Source: Nitrosopumilus sp.
GTDB lineage: Archaea > Thermoproteota > Nitrososphaeria > Nitrososphaerales > Nitrosopumilaceae
Length of the DNA: 64,000 nt
Assembly (NCBI GenBank): GCA_965204345.1
Contig: OZ241981.1
Coordinates: forward strand, 640,001-704,000
Direction of reading: 5' to 3'
Below are positions 41,049 to 51,000 of this stretch, one piece after another. The translations under genes and the position numbers were made by a program. Each line of letters starts with the position of its first letter. The stretch's first letter is position 1. The notes below the pieces were generated by a model. The model had not been told where the DNA came from. It ran no database searches and worked only from the letters and a program-made list of their open reading frames with translations.

Positions 41049-41231
41049 GAAATGTTTTTATCAAGCTTACATGTATTGCATTATATGAAAAAGTTAAAAC
41101 TCAGATCTTTCACTGTTGGTGACGGGCTGGTTGTAACTGAAAATGAATCTCATGCCATTCTTCGCCAGATTTTTAACAAGTATCAATAACACCGCTTTTT
41201 CTGAAACATTACCATATGCTTAATTTAGCGA

Positions 41232-41453
41232 TCATATAATCCCCTTCTTGGTTTCCAAAGAGTTATTGCGGAAGAGTGAAAGCATGTACAGGCATTTGTT
41301 GCTGTGCGTGTCATCAATCCTGTCAAATATAATCTTGTATGCCCCAAAATAAAATTCGTCCCTAGGCACGGCATCACGAATCATCTTTCCAAGAACCGTT
41401 CTCTTGCAGTCTATCTTGTCACATATTTTTGCATATGCTTCCTTGCGATTCAT
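41232..41453 (-). CDS. Small hypothetical protein
   Basis: 73-aa ATG ORF. Confidence 0.45.
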   Translation of the reverse strand: MNRKEAYAKICDKIDCKRTVLGKMIRDAVPRDEFYFGAYKIIFDRIDDTHSNKCLYMLSLFRNNSLETKKGII

Positions 41454-41609
41454 TACAACACATCAAAGAAAGTTTTTGCTTTAAAGGATATTTTATGGTG
41501 GTGATGGTGGTGACAGGCAAAAGTTCCCAAAGATTCAGAAACACATTACCTGAACAGGCAGAAAAGCATGGAAATAATTGTGATCTAATGGATACCAGTA
41601 CACGATAAT

Positions 41610-42104
41610 TTAGACCAATGTTAGTTGTGCAGCACTAAGAAAAATTACAAAAATAAATGCAAGTAAAAAGAACAGACCAACAACTAAGATCCACACAGAA
41701 TAAGACATCTTCTTTAAACGGCCTTCATGTTTTGAAATAACATAACTTTGAGATATGTTGTACTGTCTAATCAATGACCACATGATGTCTTTTTCTTTAT
41801 CCTTGACATCAATGTCCCCTTCTAAATCAATTCTTATCTCTTTGAGGCTTGCCGCAGGAGTTACAAATCTAACAAGTATCAAAGTAGATACAATAACAGA
41901 ACATGAAGAGGCTGCCAGTAGCAAAAATGTAAAAACATCTAGTGAATCTTTTATTATCCCAATTCCAATAAAAATTACCGATAATAGCAATCCGTTTAAT
42001 TGTAAAAAATTATGGGATTTGTGATTTAGTTCAGTCCAACTAGTCAGTTGGCGTGTATATTCTGCTTTGACTTCTTCTAAAAGAATCTCTTCGCTAATCT
42101 TCAT
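41610..42104 (-). CDS. Three-TM membrane protein, weakly PycTM/DUF5706-like topology
   Basis: Helix-TM-TM-loop-helix-TM layout; start at MKISEE. Confidence 0.55.
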   Translation of the reverse strand: MKISEEILLEEVKAEYTRQLTSWTELNHKSHNFLQLNGLLLSVIFIGIGIIKDSLDVFTFLLLAASSCSVIVSTLILVRFVTPAASLKEIRIDLEGDIDVKDKEKDIMWSLIRQYNISQSYVISKHEGRLKKMSYSVWILVVGLFFLLAFIFVIFLSAAQLTLV

Positions 42105-42610
42105 CTTTTTTCTTCTTTTCTGTGTGGTGAACGTCTTTAAAGACTCGTTTTGTACCAATTATTATGCCCTTTGCAGGTCTTTCATCGTCTTCGGACAATA
42201 ATAATTAAAAGTCAAACTGTTATAAAAAAGTAAACAACATTATAGCTTCCAGTTTTTACGCGATAACCGATATGAATTAAACATGAACCAGTAGCAACAT
42301 ATCAATCTCTTCTGTATGTCCATATCCACCTTTCTCCCTATAAATGACATACAGCAATACAAGCCCCATTACAAAATACAATAGTCTTAGCGGCGCGACG
42401 TCAATCTAATCCTCAGGAGATGTCCCAACTGTGACGTGGCCCGTGACGTTTGTGGCACTTGCAATTCCGCCTCATCGTTTACTGCCATAATGTCTGCACT
42501 CCCAGTATCATCCAAGAATACGACACATCAGCTACCGCATGTGATCATGGTATGGTTTGCCATTGACATACAGCTGTGAGACACTTAAGAATACGTGAAT
42601 GGGGTTTTCA

Positions 42611-42653
42611 CTGTTAAATTCCAGTGATCAGCTCATCAGAATTTGCCAAACCC
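42611..42653 (+). repeat. Repeat copy J (right-end half copy; island boundary)
   Basis: CTGTTAAATTCCAGTGATCAGCTCATCAGAATTTGCCAAACCC. Confidence 0.85.
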
Positions 42654-42754
42654 GATATGCTTGTCAGTAGGGGATTTGAGAGAATCTTCAAAAATCAACA
42701 TGTTACTTTGCATGCTGTTTTTATAGATAAGAGTGCCACTTTAACCAGATTACC

Positions 42755-42994
42755 GTGCTAGAAAAACAGTTCAATCCAGACGTGCTATACAACAGAATAG
42801 TGCACTTTTACATGGACAAAAAAGGGTATGCAAAAGACAGGGCAAATGAAATTGCACAGTCAGTTGTGCAAAAGGAGGCACAGCGTAGAATTTGTAAAAA
42901 TGAAAAATGCAGACATTTTGCACACGATCACATAAGAAATGCCGAGACATGCCTGGTGCAAGACTGCAAATGTATGAAATTTACTACAAAATAA
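42755..42994 (+). CDS. Small Cys/His zinc-binding protein
   Basis: CKNEKCRH..DH...CLVQDCKC. Confidence 0.7.
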   Translation: MLEKQFNPDVLYNRIVHFYMDKKGYAKDRANEIAQSVVQKEAQRRICKNEKCRHFAHDHIRNAETCLVQDCKCMKFTTK

Positions 42995-43970
42995 AATCAT
43001 CCAAAGAATCTTTCAGTAATGGCTGAGCATTAATCCCCCGTTCTCTCAGGTCTTCTGCAAACTCATCTACAAACCCGTGAATTGTGTAAACTTGTTCTGC
43101 ACCGGATTGTACCACCACGTCAATTAGCTCATTATAGTCACAATGATCACTTAGGGGAATAGAGTAATCGGTGCGTCGTCCAAAAGAAAATTTGGATGAC
43201 TGTGCCCAGCCGCTAAATCCTATTGTGACTGCGCCATATCTTGATTTCATATCCTGCACAAATTTATTTTTGCTAGATAGCATGGGGGCCACCATAATCC
43301 AGGGTTTTTTCTCAAGCAGGCCATTTTTTTCAGCCTCTGCATAGCCAATTCCATCACGCAGTGACACGCCAAGTTTCTGATGAAGCAGATTCATATCCTT
43401 TACAGAGTCATGCAAATACAATGGTCCCCAGTGACCAAAAAACTGAGTAATCGTTTGGGCTTTTCCAAGCTGATATCCCATTAAAATTACAGGTATGCCC
43501 CTCCCATAAAGCTCAGAAATTAGCTCATTGACTTTTTTTAGAGTGTCATCAAGTTTGGGAAATACAAATTCAGGCAGTCCAAACGTGCATTCAGTGATGA
43601 GGGTTTTGCATTTAGGGATTTTTGCACCTTTCAGAAAACCCCTGTCCCGGGTACAGATATCGCCAGTATAGAAAATATCATCAAAAAAAAGTCCCTTTGC
43701 GCCTAGTATGTGTCCGCTGTCAATAAGAGAGAAGGCATCCAAAGACTCGACATGGTTTTCCATTTTAAATCCACGAAGACTAGCTATTTGATTGGTTTCA
43801 ATGGATGACAGGATAGTTCCACCATTTCTTGAGGGCAGATGATCAGTGTGGGCATGTGAGACAAAGTTAATCGTGGATGAATCACTGTTTTTTGGATCCA
43901 AATGAACCTGTTTTTGGCCAGCTCTGCACAGGATTCCGTTTTTTGTCATCCTGACTTTTCTAGGCAACAA
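42984..43970 (-). CDS. MBL-fold (beta-CASP-like) nuclease
   Basis: SHAHTDH, SGHILGA, YTGD, ECTFG, LSDHCD. Confidence 0.88.
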   Translation of the reverse strand: MLPRKVRMTKNGILCRAGQKQVHLDPKNSDSSTINFVSHAHTDHLPSRNGGTILSSIETNQIASLRGFKMENHVESLDAFSLIDSGHILGAKGLFFDDIFYTGDICTRDRGFLKGAKIPKCKTLITECTFGLPEFVFPKLDDTLKKVNELISELYGRGIPVILMGYQLGKAQTITQFFGHWGPLYLHDSVKDMNLLHQKLGVSLRDGIGYAEAEKNGLLEKKPWIMVAPMLSSKNKFVQDMKSRYGAVTIGFSGWAQSSKFSFGRRTDYSIPLSDHCDYNELIDVVVQSGAEQVYTIHGFVDEFAEDLRERGINAQPLLKDSLDDFIL

Positions 43971-44025
43971 AAGTGAAAATAATTAGATTTGATATAAATT
44001 GCAGGTTTGATTTAGTGTTGACTAG

Positions 44026-44643
44026 TTGCTAAATCTAGGAATTCTAATCTCAGGGCGCGGGAGCAACATGGAATCCATTCTAAAGGCAGTTAAGAAAAAA
44101 AGGATTCCAGTTAATCCGGCAATAGTTATCTCAAACAGGCCAGATGCTGCGGGACTAGGAATTGCCGAGAAATTGGGTGTGAGAATTGAAGTGATAGACA
44201 GTAAGGGATTCAAGGGAAACAGGGCAGAATACGACAGGAAGATAATTTCTGCCCTAACAAAACATGGAGTTACGCCTAAAAACGGCTTGGTTTGTCTTGC
44301 AGGGTTTATGAGAATTTTAAGCCCAGAATTTGTTAAAAAATACAAAAACAGAATCATCAACATCCATCCGGCGTTACTACCTGCATTTCCTGGGTTAAAT
44401 TCACAAAGACAGGCATTGGAATATGGAGCCAAGGTTACGGGATGTACCGTACATTTTGTAGATGCAAAAATGGATACAGGTCCCATAATCATTCAGGCCG
44501 TTGTAAAAATAGGCAAAAAGGATACAGAAGAGTCACTGTCAAAAAAAATTCTAAAAGAAGAGCACAGAATTTATCCAGAGGCAGTAAGATTGTTTGTCAA
44601 AAAGAAGATCAAGGTTGTGGGACGAAGGACAGTAATCAGCTAG
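44026..44643 (+). CDS. purN: Phosphoribosylglycinamide formyltransferase
   Basis: ISGRGSN, LAGFMRIL, NIHPALLP, DTGPII. Confidence 0.96.
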   Translation: MLNLGILISGRGSNMESILKAVKKKRIPVNPAIVISNRPDAAGLGIAEKLGVRIEVIDSKGFKGNRAEYDRKIISALTKHGVTPKNGLVCLAGFMRILSPEFVKKYKNRIINIHPALLPAFPGLNSQRQALEYGAKVTGCTVHFVDAKMDTGPIIIQAVVKIGKKDTEESLSKKILKEEHRIYPEAVRLFVKKKIKVVGRRTVIS

Positions 44644-44960
44644 GAGTCAGGACCGCCAAAAAAATACAAGACTCTGAGTTCCCGGGTGTTGCCATGAAAG
44701 TGGTGCTCTGCATTCTTGCCAACAAAAAATAGCTTGCCCTGAGTAACCTTGTAATCCCTGTCTTTGATTTTCAAATAGCCATTCCCAGAGATAACATAGT
44801 ATGTCTCATCACTGTCATGGGGTGCTTGGGTATCCTCCTCCCCAGGTTTGAGAACCAGTACCCCGGCAGCTAGTCCGGGCCTGTCGATAAATGTGTGAAA
44901 ATACGAATCAGAATTTTTGACTTTGTTAAGATATGCGTCTATGTCGTGTTCTAGCTTCAA
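44640..44960 (-). CDS. Cupin domain protein
   Basis: PHDSDETYYVISGNG...EHHFH. Confidence 0.85.
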   Translation of the reverse strand: MKLEHDIDAYLNKVKNSDSYFHTFIDRPGLAAGVLVLKPGEEDTQAPHDSDETYYVISGNGYLKIKDRDYKVTQGKLFFVGKNAEHHFHGNTRELRVLYFFGGPDS

Positions 44961-44962
44961 TT

Positions 44963-45247
44963 TTATTCAGCAGCCACAGTATAAGTTTGTCTTTGAGGGT
45001 CTGCACTCATAAAGGAATGTCCGACCGGATGAACCCTTTGGTGCTCCGGACTCTGATGCATTTTGATAAACGTCTCCTTGCTTTGATGCTCTACTAGAAT
45101 TGTACATCTGCCATCAGGGGACTTTAGGAATCTTCGGGAAATAAAACCTGGAAAGTCACGCAGTACCTTGTTTGACTCTGCAAACCATTTCTTAAAATCC
45201 TCCTCAGCGCCATCCTTGAGCTGAATATCTGCAATCATTACAAACAT
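44963..45247 (-). CDS. Antibiotic biosynthesis monooxygenase (ABM) family protein
   Basis: FPGFISRRFL...HQSPEH. Confidence 0.8.
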   Translation of the reverse strand: MFVMIADIQLKDGAEEDFKKWFAESNKVLRDFPGFISRRFLKSPDGRCTILVEHQSKETFIKMHQSPEHQRVHPVGHSFMSADPQRQTYTVAAE

Positions 45248-45340
45248 GAGATACTTGGGGAAACGGCCACTTAATTTCTTTTCTGATATTTTCTAATAGT
45301 AACTCCAAGAATTAAATATCTACTAGTCAAAAACAAAAGC

Positions 45341-46201
45341 ATGACAGGAGTCAAAATTGACGGCAAAGTCATATCCCAATCAGTCAAGGACAGGGTCAAA
45401 AAAGCTGTTGAAGAGTTAAAAAGTCAGGGAATATCACCGTGCCTGGCCACAGTACTGATTGGGGATAATCCGGCTTCTGCCACATATGTCAAAAACAAAC
45501 ACAGGGCATGCCAGGAAGTAGGGATTGCAACAAAAGATCACAAGCTGGTTGCAAACATCACACAGCAGGAGCTGACCAAAATTATTGATGAGTTAAACTC
45601 TGATAAGACGGTGCACGGTATCCTAGTGCAGCTTCCACTGCCAAAGCAGCTAGACGAGTTTGTAACAATATCGAGAATCTCACCGCTAAAGGATGTTGAT
45701 GGCCTAACCCCGCACAATGCAGGACTGCTTGCAATGAAAAAGGCGGCACTTGTTGCATGCACGCCATCAGGGGTAATGGAGATGTTTGATTATCACAAAA
45801 TTAACCTAGAAGGAAAAAATATCGTACTGATTAACAGAAGCAATCTAGTTGGAAAGCCGCTGTATCATCTGCTGCTAGAAAAAAATGCAACCGTTACTAC
45901 ATGCCATTCAAAGACAAAAAATTTAACGGAATTGTGCCAGGCAGCAGATATCATAATTACGGCAGTGGGGGACAGAGAGAGGTTCACATTGACATCAGAG
46001 ATGATAAAGCAGGATGCAATAGTAATTGATGTGGCAATTGCAAGATTTCAAGAAAGACTAGCAGGGGATTCAGACTATCAGGACATTATCAAAAAGGCAT
46101 CATTTGCAACACCTGTTCCGGGGGGAGTAGGCCCAATGACAGTTGCAATGCTGTTAAAAAATACAATTACAGCAGCATCACTGGGCAGTCAAATTGGATG
46201 A
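45341..46201 (+). CDS. folD: Methylene-THF dehydrogenase/cyclohydrolase
   Basis: YVKNK, GILVQLPLP, KDVDG, TPVPGGVGPMT. Confidence 0.96.
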   Translation: MTGVKIDGKVISQSVKDRVKKAVEELKSQGISPCLATVLIGDNPASATYVKNKHRACQEVGIATKDHKLVANITQQELTKIIDELNSDKTVHGILVQLPLPKQLDEFVTISRISPLKDVDGLTPHNAGLLAMKKAALVACTPSGVMEMFDYHKINLEGKNIVLINRSNLVGKPLYHLLLEKNATVTTCHSKTKNLTELCQAADIIITAVGDRERFTLTSEMIKQDAIVIDVAIARFQERLAGDSDYQDIIKKASFATPVPGGVGPMTVAMLLKNTITAASLGSQIG

Positions 46202-46757
46202 TAACCCACAAAAGGAATCCTTACGGAACCTGCTCTTGGAGAAGCGGGACAATACATCCTTTGATTTGATGAAGATTGCCAGCAAAAAGATTCAAAAAAG
46301 GATAAAAAAGATTCATGCATTCAGAAATGCCCAAAAAATTGGCGCATACTATCCAATAGGAAGCGAGGTATTCACAGAGGACATAATTCAAGAGTTGATC
46401 AGCCAAGGAAAGCAGGTATTTTTGCCCAGGGTAGTTGGAAGCAAGATGGAGTTTAGAAAAATTACTGACTTTTCGAGCCTGGAGCAAGGCAGTTTTGACA
46501 TTATGGAACCCAAAGAGAGCTGTCCAACAGATAACAGCCTAGATGTAATCTTGGTGCCAACAGTTGGGATCTCACCAGCAGGAGTAAGGCTTGGATACGG
46601 ACATGGCTTTTATGACAAATTTTTGGCAGAAAACAAGACTGTTACAATATCACTTACACTAGAAAAACAGGTCATAAAAAATATTCCAAAATCAGGACAC
46701 GATGTTCTAATTGACTGGATTGTTACAGAAGATCAGATGATACAGACTCAGAGATAA
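46194..46757 (+). CDS. 5-formyltetrahydrofolate cyclo-ligase
   Basis: RLGYGHGFYDKFL, HDVLIDWIVTE. Confidence 0.93.
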   Translation: MDDNPQKESLRNLLLEKRDNTSFDLMKIASKKIQKRIKKIHAFRNAQKIGAYYPIGSEVFTEDIIQELISQGKQVFLPRVVGSKMEFRKITDFSSLEQGSFDIMEPKESCPTDNSLDVILVPTVGISPAGVRLGYGHGFYDKFLAENKTVTISLTLEKQVIKNIPKSGHDVLIDWIVTEDQMIQTQR

Positions 46758-48013
46758 GACAAACCCTTTTTGCCAATGTCTGTTCTGTTGTACTTGTGAG
46801 ACCAGGTAATCTTCTTAGCTGCTGCATACGCACTAGTTATGGCAGAACTCAAATCATCGCCTAGTGCAGTGACGCCCAAGACACGTCCGCCATTTGAGAG
46901 AACTTTGCCATCGGATTTTTTTGTTCCGGCATGAAAGACAAATGCATTCTCTGCTGTTAAATCAAGGCCGGTTATTTCATCATGTTTTGGATAGGATTGG
47001 GGATAACCCTTTGATGCCAGCACCACGCATACGGCATATTGGGATTTCCACAGAGTGGGAGGCAGTGATGATAGCGTACCATCAGCACTTGCAGCCAAAT
47101 ACTCGTACAAGTCAAAGTCCATTCTCATTGTGATTGGCTGGCATTCAGGGTCGCCCATTCGCACGTTGTATTCCAAAACAAATGGTTTGCCATCTCGAAT
47201 CATGATTCCTGCATACAAGAATCCCTTGAACAAGATTCCCTCATCCTTCATTGCGCGGATTGTTTTTTCAATAATTTCCTCCTGAATTATACTAGATAGA
47301 CTGTCATCTATTACTGGAGTTGGGGAATACGCACCCATGCCGCCGGTATTTGGACCCTCATCACCATCAAAGATTCTCTTGTGATCCTGACTGGAGGCCA
47401 TGGGAACAGCCACCTCACCGTCAGACAATGCAATGTAAGAGGCCTCAATCCCATCAATTCGCTCCTCAACAATTATTTGGTCTCCTGCATCACCAAATGC
47501 CTTATCCACCAAAATAGCTTGTATTGCATCTGCTGCCTCCTCACTTCCACTACAAACAATGACACCCTTTCCAGCAGCCAATCCGTCTGCCTTTACAACT
47601 ACATCATACTCAAGGGACTTGGCATATTCTTGGGCCTTTTGTGCATCATCAAAAATCTCAAAGCGGGCAGTAGGAATGTTATTTCGCTTCATAAAATTTT
47701 TTGCCCAGACCTTGCTTGATTCAAGCTGGGCAGCCTTTTTGGTAGGGCCAAAAACCCTGAGATTTAACTTGTTAAACACATCAACAATTCCTGCAGCAAG
47801 CGGAACCTCGGGACCAACGACAGTAAAACAGTTATTTTTTTGGGCAAAATCTGCAAGCTCATCTAAATTATCGACTGGGATTGGTACGTTGTTTTGGGTG
47901 CCGCCATTTCCAGGCGCAGTAAAGACAGTTTTGACCTTGTCACTTTGGGACAACTTCCAGGACAGTGCATGTTCCCGTCCTCCAGAGCCAATTACAAGTA
48001 CGTTTACCAACAA
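46748..48013 (-). CDS. purD: Phosphoribosylamine-glycine ligase
   Basis: GSGGREHA, KADGLAAGKGV, NTGGMGAYSP, RMGDPE. Confidence 0.97.
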   Translation of the reverse strand: MLVNVLVIGSGGREHALSWKLSQSDKVKTVFTAPGNGGTQNNVPIPVDNLDELADFAQKNNCFTVVGPEVPLAAGIVDVFNKLNLRVFGPTKKAAQLESSKVWAKNFMKRNNIPTARFEIFDDAQKAQEYAKSLEYDVVVKADGLAAGKGVIVCSGSEEAADAIQAILVDKAFGDAGDQIIVEERIDGIEASYIALSDGEVAVPMASSQDHKRIFDGDEGPNTGGMGAYSPTPVIDDSLSSIIQEEIIEKTIRAMKDEGILFKGFLYAGIMIRDGKPFVLEYNVRMGDPECQPITMRMDFDLYEYLAASADGTLSSLPPTLWKSQYAVCVVLASKGYPQSYPKHDEITGLDLTAENAFVFHAGTKKSDGKVLSNGGRVLGVTALGDDLSSAITSAYAAAKKITWSHKYNRTDIGKKGLSYL

Positions 48014-48096
48014 AAATTATTCCTTACCCAATTATATAATCCAAGTCCAGACAGGCCAATTTAGCTTTATAATGCCACAGACACATCAGGATTCAG

Positions 48097-51000
48097 ATGG
48101 AACTTTCTGCAAAGTTTGATGCAAAGGCAATAGAGTCCCAGGTTCGGGAATACCTAAAGTCAGTTGACTTGAAAGGACAAATCTTTGCATCAGAGAGGCC
48201 TGAAAAAATCAGATTCATAGAGGGACCCCCAACAATGAATGGAATACCTCACGCAGGGCATCTGAGGGGCAGGGTAATCAAGGATTTTTGGTACAGGTTT
48301 AACACGCTGCAGGGAAAAAAGATAGAGTTTAACGGGGGCTGGGATACGCAGGGACTCCCAGTGGAATTGCAAGTGGAAAAGGAGCTTGGGGTGTCAGGAG
48401 GCAAGACAGAGGCAATCAAGGAGTTTGGGATAGAGAGAATAGTTTCAGAATGCAAAAAGGTTGTAGAAAAGTTTAACAAGGCATGGCTGGAGGTAGATGA
48501 CCTGCTTGGGATGTCCTTTAATCATGAAAAGGCATACTGGACTTTCAGGGATGAGTTTATTGAAAGGGAATGGCAGGTGCTCAAAAAGGCACATGAAAAC
48601 AAAATTCTAGAAGAAGACTATACTGTAATTGCATACTGCCCAAGCTGTCAGACCTCGCTTAGTCATGCCGAAGTGAATCAGGGGTATGAGGAAGTCAGAG
48701 ACCCATCGCTGTATTACAAGGTAAAGCTGGTGAATGAGGATGCATTCTTGATTGTATGGACTACAATGCCATTTACACTGGTAACAGATGCAATGGTAGG
48801 ACTGCATCCAGAAGAAGACTATGCATACATCAGAGTTGAAGACGAGACATGGATAGTTGGAAAGACAAGACTAGAACAGCTAATGGAGGAACTAAAAATC
48901 GCAGAATACAAGATTGTAAAGACTGTCAAGGGCTCTGAATTTGAGGGGAAAAAATACGTTCATCCGTTGTTGGATTTGATTCCGGAGCTAGGTGAGATCT
49001 CAAAGCTGGAGAATTACCACGTTGCAGTATCTGAGACATTTGTTGATGCAAGTACGGGCAGCGGACTGGTTCACCTCTCGCCTGCAAACGGGGAGGAAGA
49101 CATCAAGATTGCAAACAAACGCAAGGTGAAGATTTTCAGCCCTATAAATGACGAGGTAAAATTCACACAAAATGCAGGCAGATACCAGGGCATGTTTGTC
49201 AGAGATGCAGACAGACAGATAGTTGAGGACCTAAAGGAACGCAGTGCCCTAGTCAAAATAGGCAGAATCAAGCACAAGTATCCGCTCTGCTGGAGGTCAC
49301 ATCACCCAATAGTCTGGCTTGCCAGAAGGGGATGGTTTTACAAGATAGACAAACTAGATGACAAAGTAATTGATGCTGCAAAAAGCGTGGAATACTTTTT
49401 TGAGCAGCCAAAGAACAGATTTCTTGGAATTATCAAGGAGAGACACCCATGGTGCATCTCCCGTGAGAGAATCTGGGGATGCCCACTGCCTGTCTGGGAC
49501 TGCAAGGACTGCGGGGAGAAAAACTGGCTGTTTACAAGAAAGGACATTATAGACTCAGCAGACAAGCTGCCTGACGGCCCGGACTTTGAGCTGCACAGAC
49601 CGTGGATTGATAACATTACCATAAAGTGCAAGAGATGCGGCGGGGTCAACACAAAAAGGGAAGAGTATGTCTTAGATACGTGGCATAACAGCGGCTCTGC
49701 ACCGTATTCGTCACTGACTGACGAGCAATATGCAAATGAGATTCCGGCGCCATTCTTTACGGAAGGAATTGATCAGACCAGGGGATGGGCATACACGCTG
49801 CTGATTGAAAATGTCATCCTAAATAACTCGGCGATACCTCCCTACAAGGCATTTTTGTTCCAGGGTCACGTGTTAGACGAGAAGGGTGGCAAGATGAGCA
49901 AAAGCAAGGGAAATGTTTTGGAGGGGGCAGAACTGTTGCAAAGGTATCCGGCGGATCTTATCAGGCTTTATTTCATGGGAAAGGCAAGCCCGATTGAGCC
50001 GCTCAGTTTTAGCACAGACGAGCTAATGTCAAGGCCGTACCAGGTAATCAATACGCTGTTTAATCTGCATCTGTATTTTAAGCAGAACAGCCAGTATGAC
50101 AAATTTGATAAGACAAACACGGTAGAGTGGGCAAGGCAAAAAGATTTGTTGACATCGCCTGACATCTGGCTTTTATCAAAGCTTCAAAAACTAATCCAGA
50201 TGGTGACTCAAAAGAACCAGTCATGCAGGTTCCACGAGGGTGCAAAGGCAATGGATGACTATATAATTAATAATCTTAGCCAGATATACATCCCAATTAC
50301 AAGGGGGGAGTTATGGGATGAGGATGAGCAAAAGAAAGACAGGAGGCTTGCAATCTATGCAGTACTAGGCCTAGTGCTCAAGACATTGGATGTTCTGATT
50401 CATCCATTTTGCCCATTTACCAGCGAATATCTCTACCAAACGGTATTTTCTGCAAGACAGAGCATACTTTTTGAGGGATGGCCCGCATACCAAGAGTCGC
50501 TAGTCAACAAGGAGATTGAAGAGTCATTTGACATCATAAAGGACATTGTATCAGTCTCATCTGCTGCAAGAATGAAGGGCAAGCTAAAAAGAAGGTGGCC
50601 ATTAAATGAGGCGCAGGTTTGTGTAAGGGAGGGCCAGAAAAAGAAACTGGAATCACACTCAAAACTGTTACAGTCCCAGCTTAACGTGGAGAGATTCAGC
50701 ATTGTTCAGACACAAGAGGAGTCAGGATTAAAGCAGGTATCAGAACTGCAGCGACTGGGACTGCCCGTAATGGGAACCGTAGAGCTTGAAAGAAAAAGAA
50801 TAGGACCAAAGGCAAAGCAGCACATGGGAAGACTTGTATCTGCATTTAATGAGACAGACCCCCAGGAGATCATTGCGGCACTGCAAAAAGATGGCAAGTA
50901 TGACTTTGAGATAGATGGCGAGAAAATTTCATTGGATAATGAGGACTTTGTCATAGACTTTGATGCAAGTGAAAACTATGCAGCGGCAAAAAGAGACGGC

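Larger units (their letters stand above)
29569..42653. mobile_element. ~13-kb accessory island punctuated and bounded by a ~155-bp repeat family
   Basis: Starts and ends with inverted copies of the repeat right end (GGGTTTG...CAAACCC); non-core cargo and pseudogenes; no recombinase seen inside. Confidence 0.75.

Noticed and set aside
29569-42653. CRISPR array or casposon as explanation of the island
   Set aside because: Repeats are ~155 bp with kb-scale irregular spacing; no cas1/casposase or PolB gene; no target-site duplication seen.
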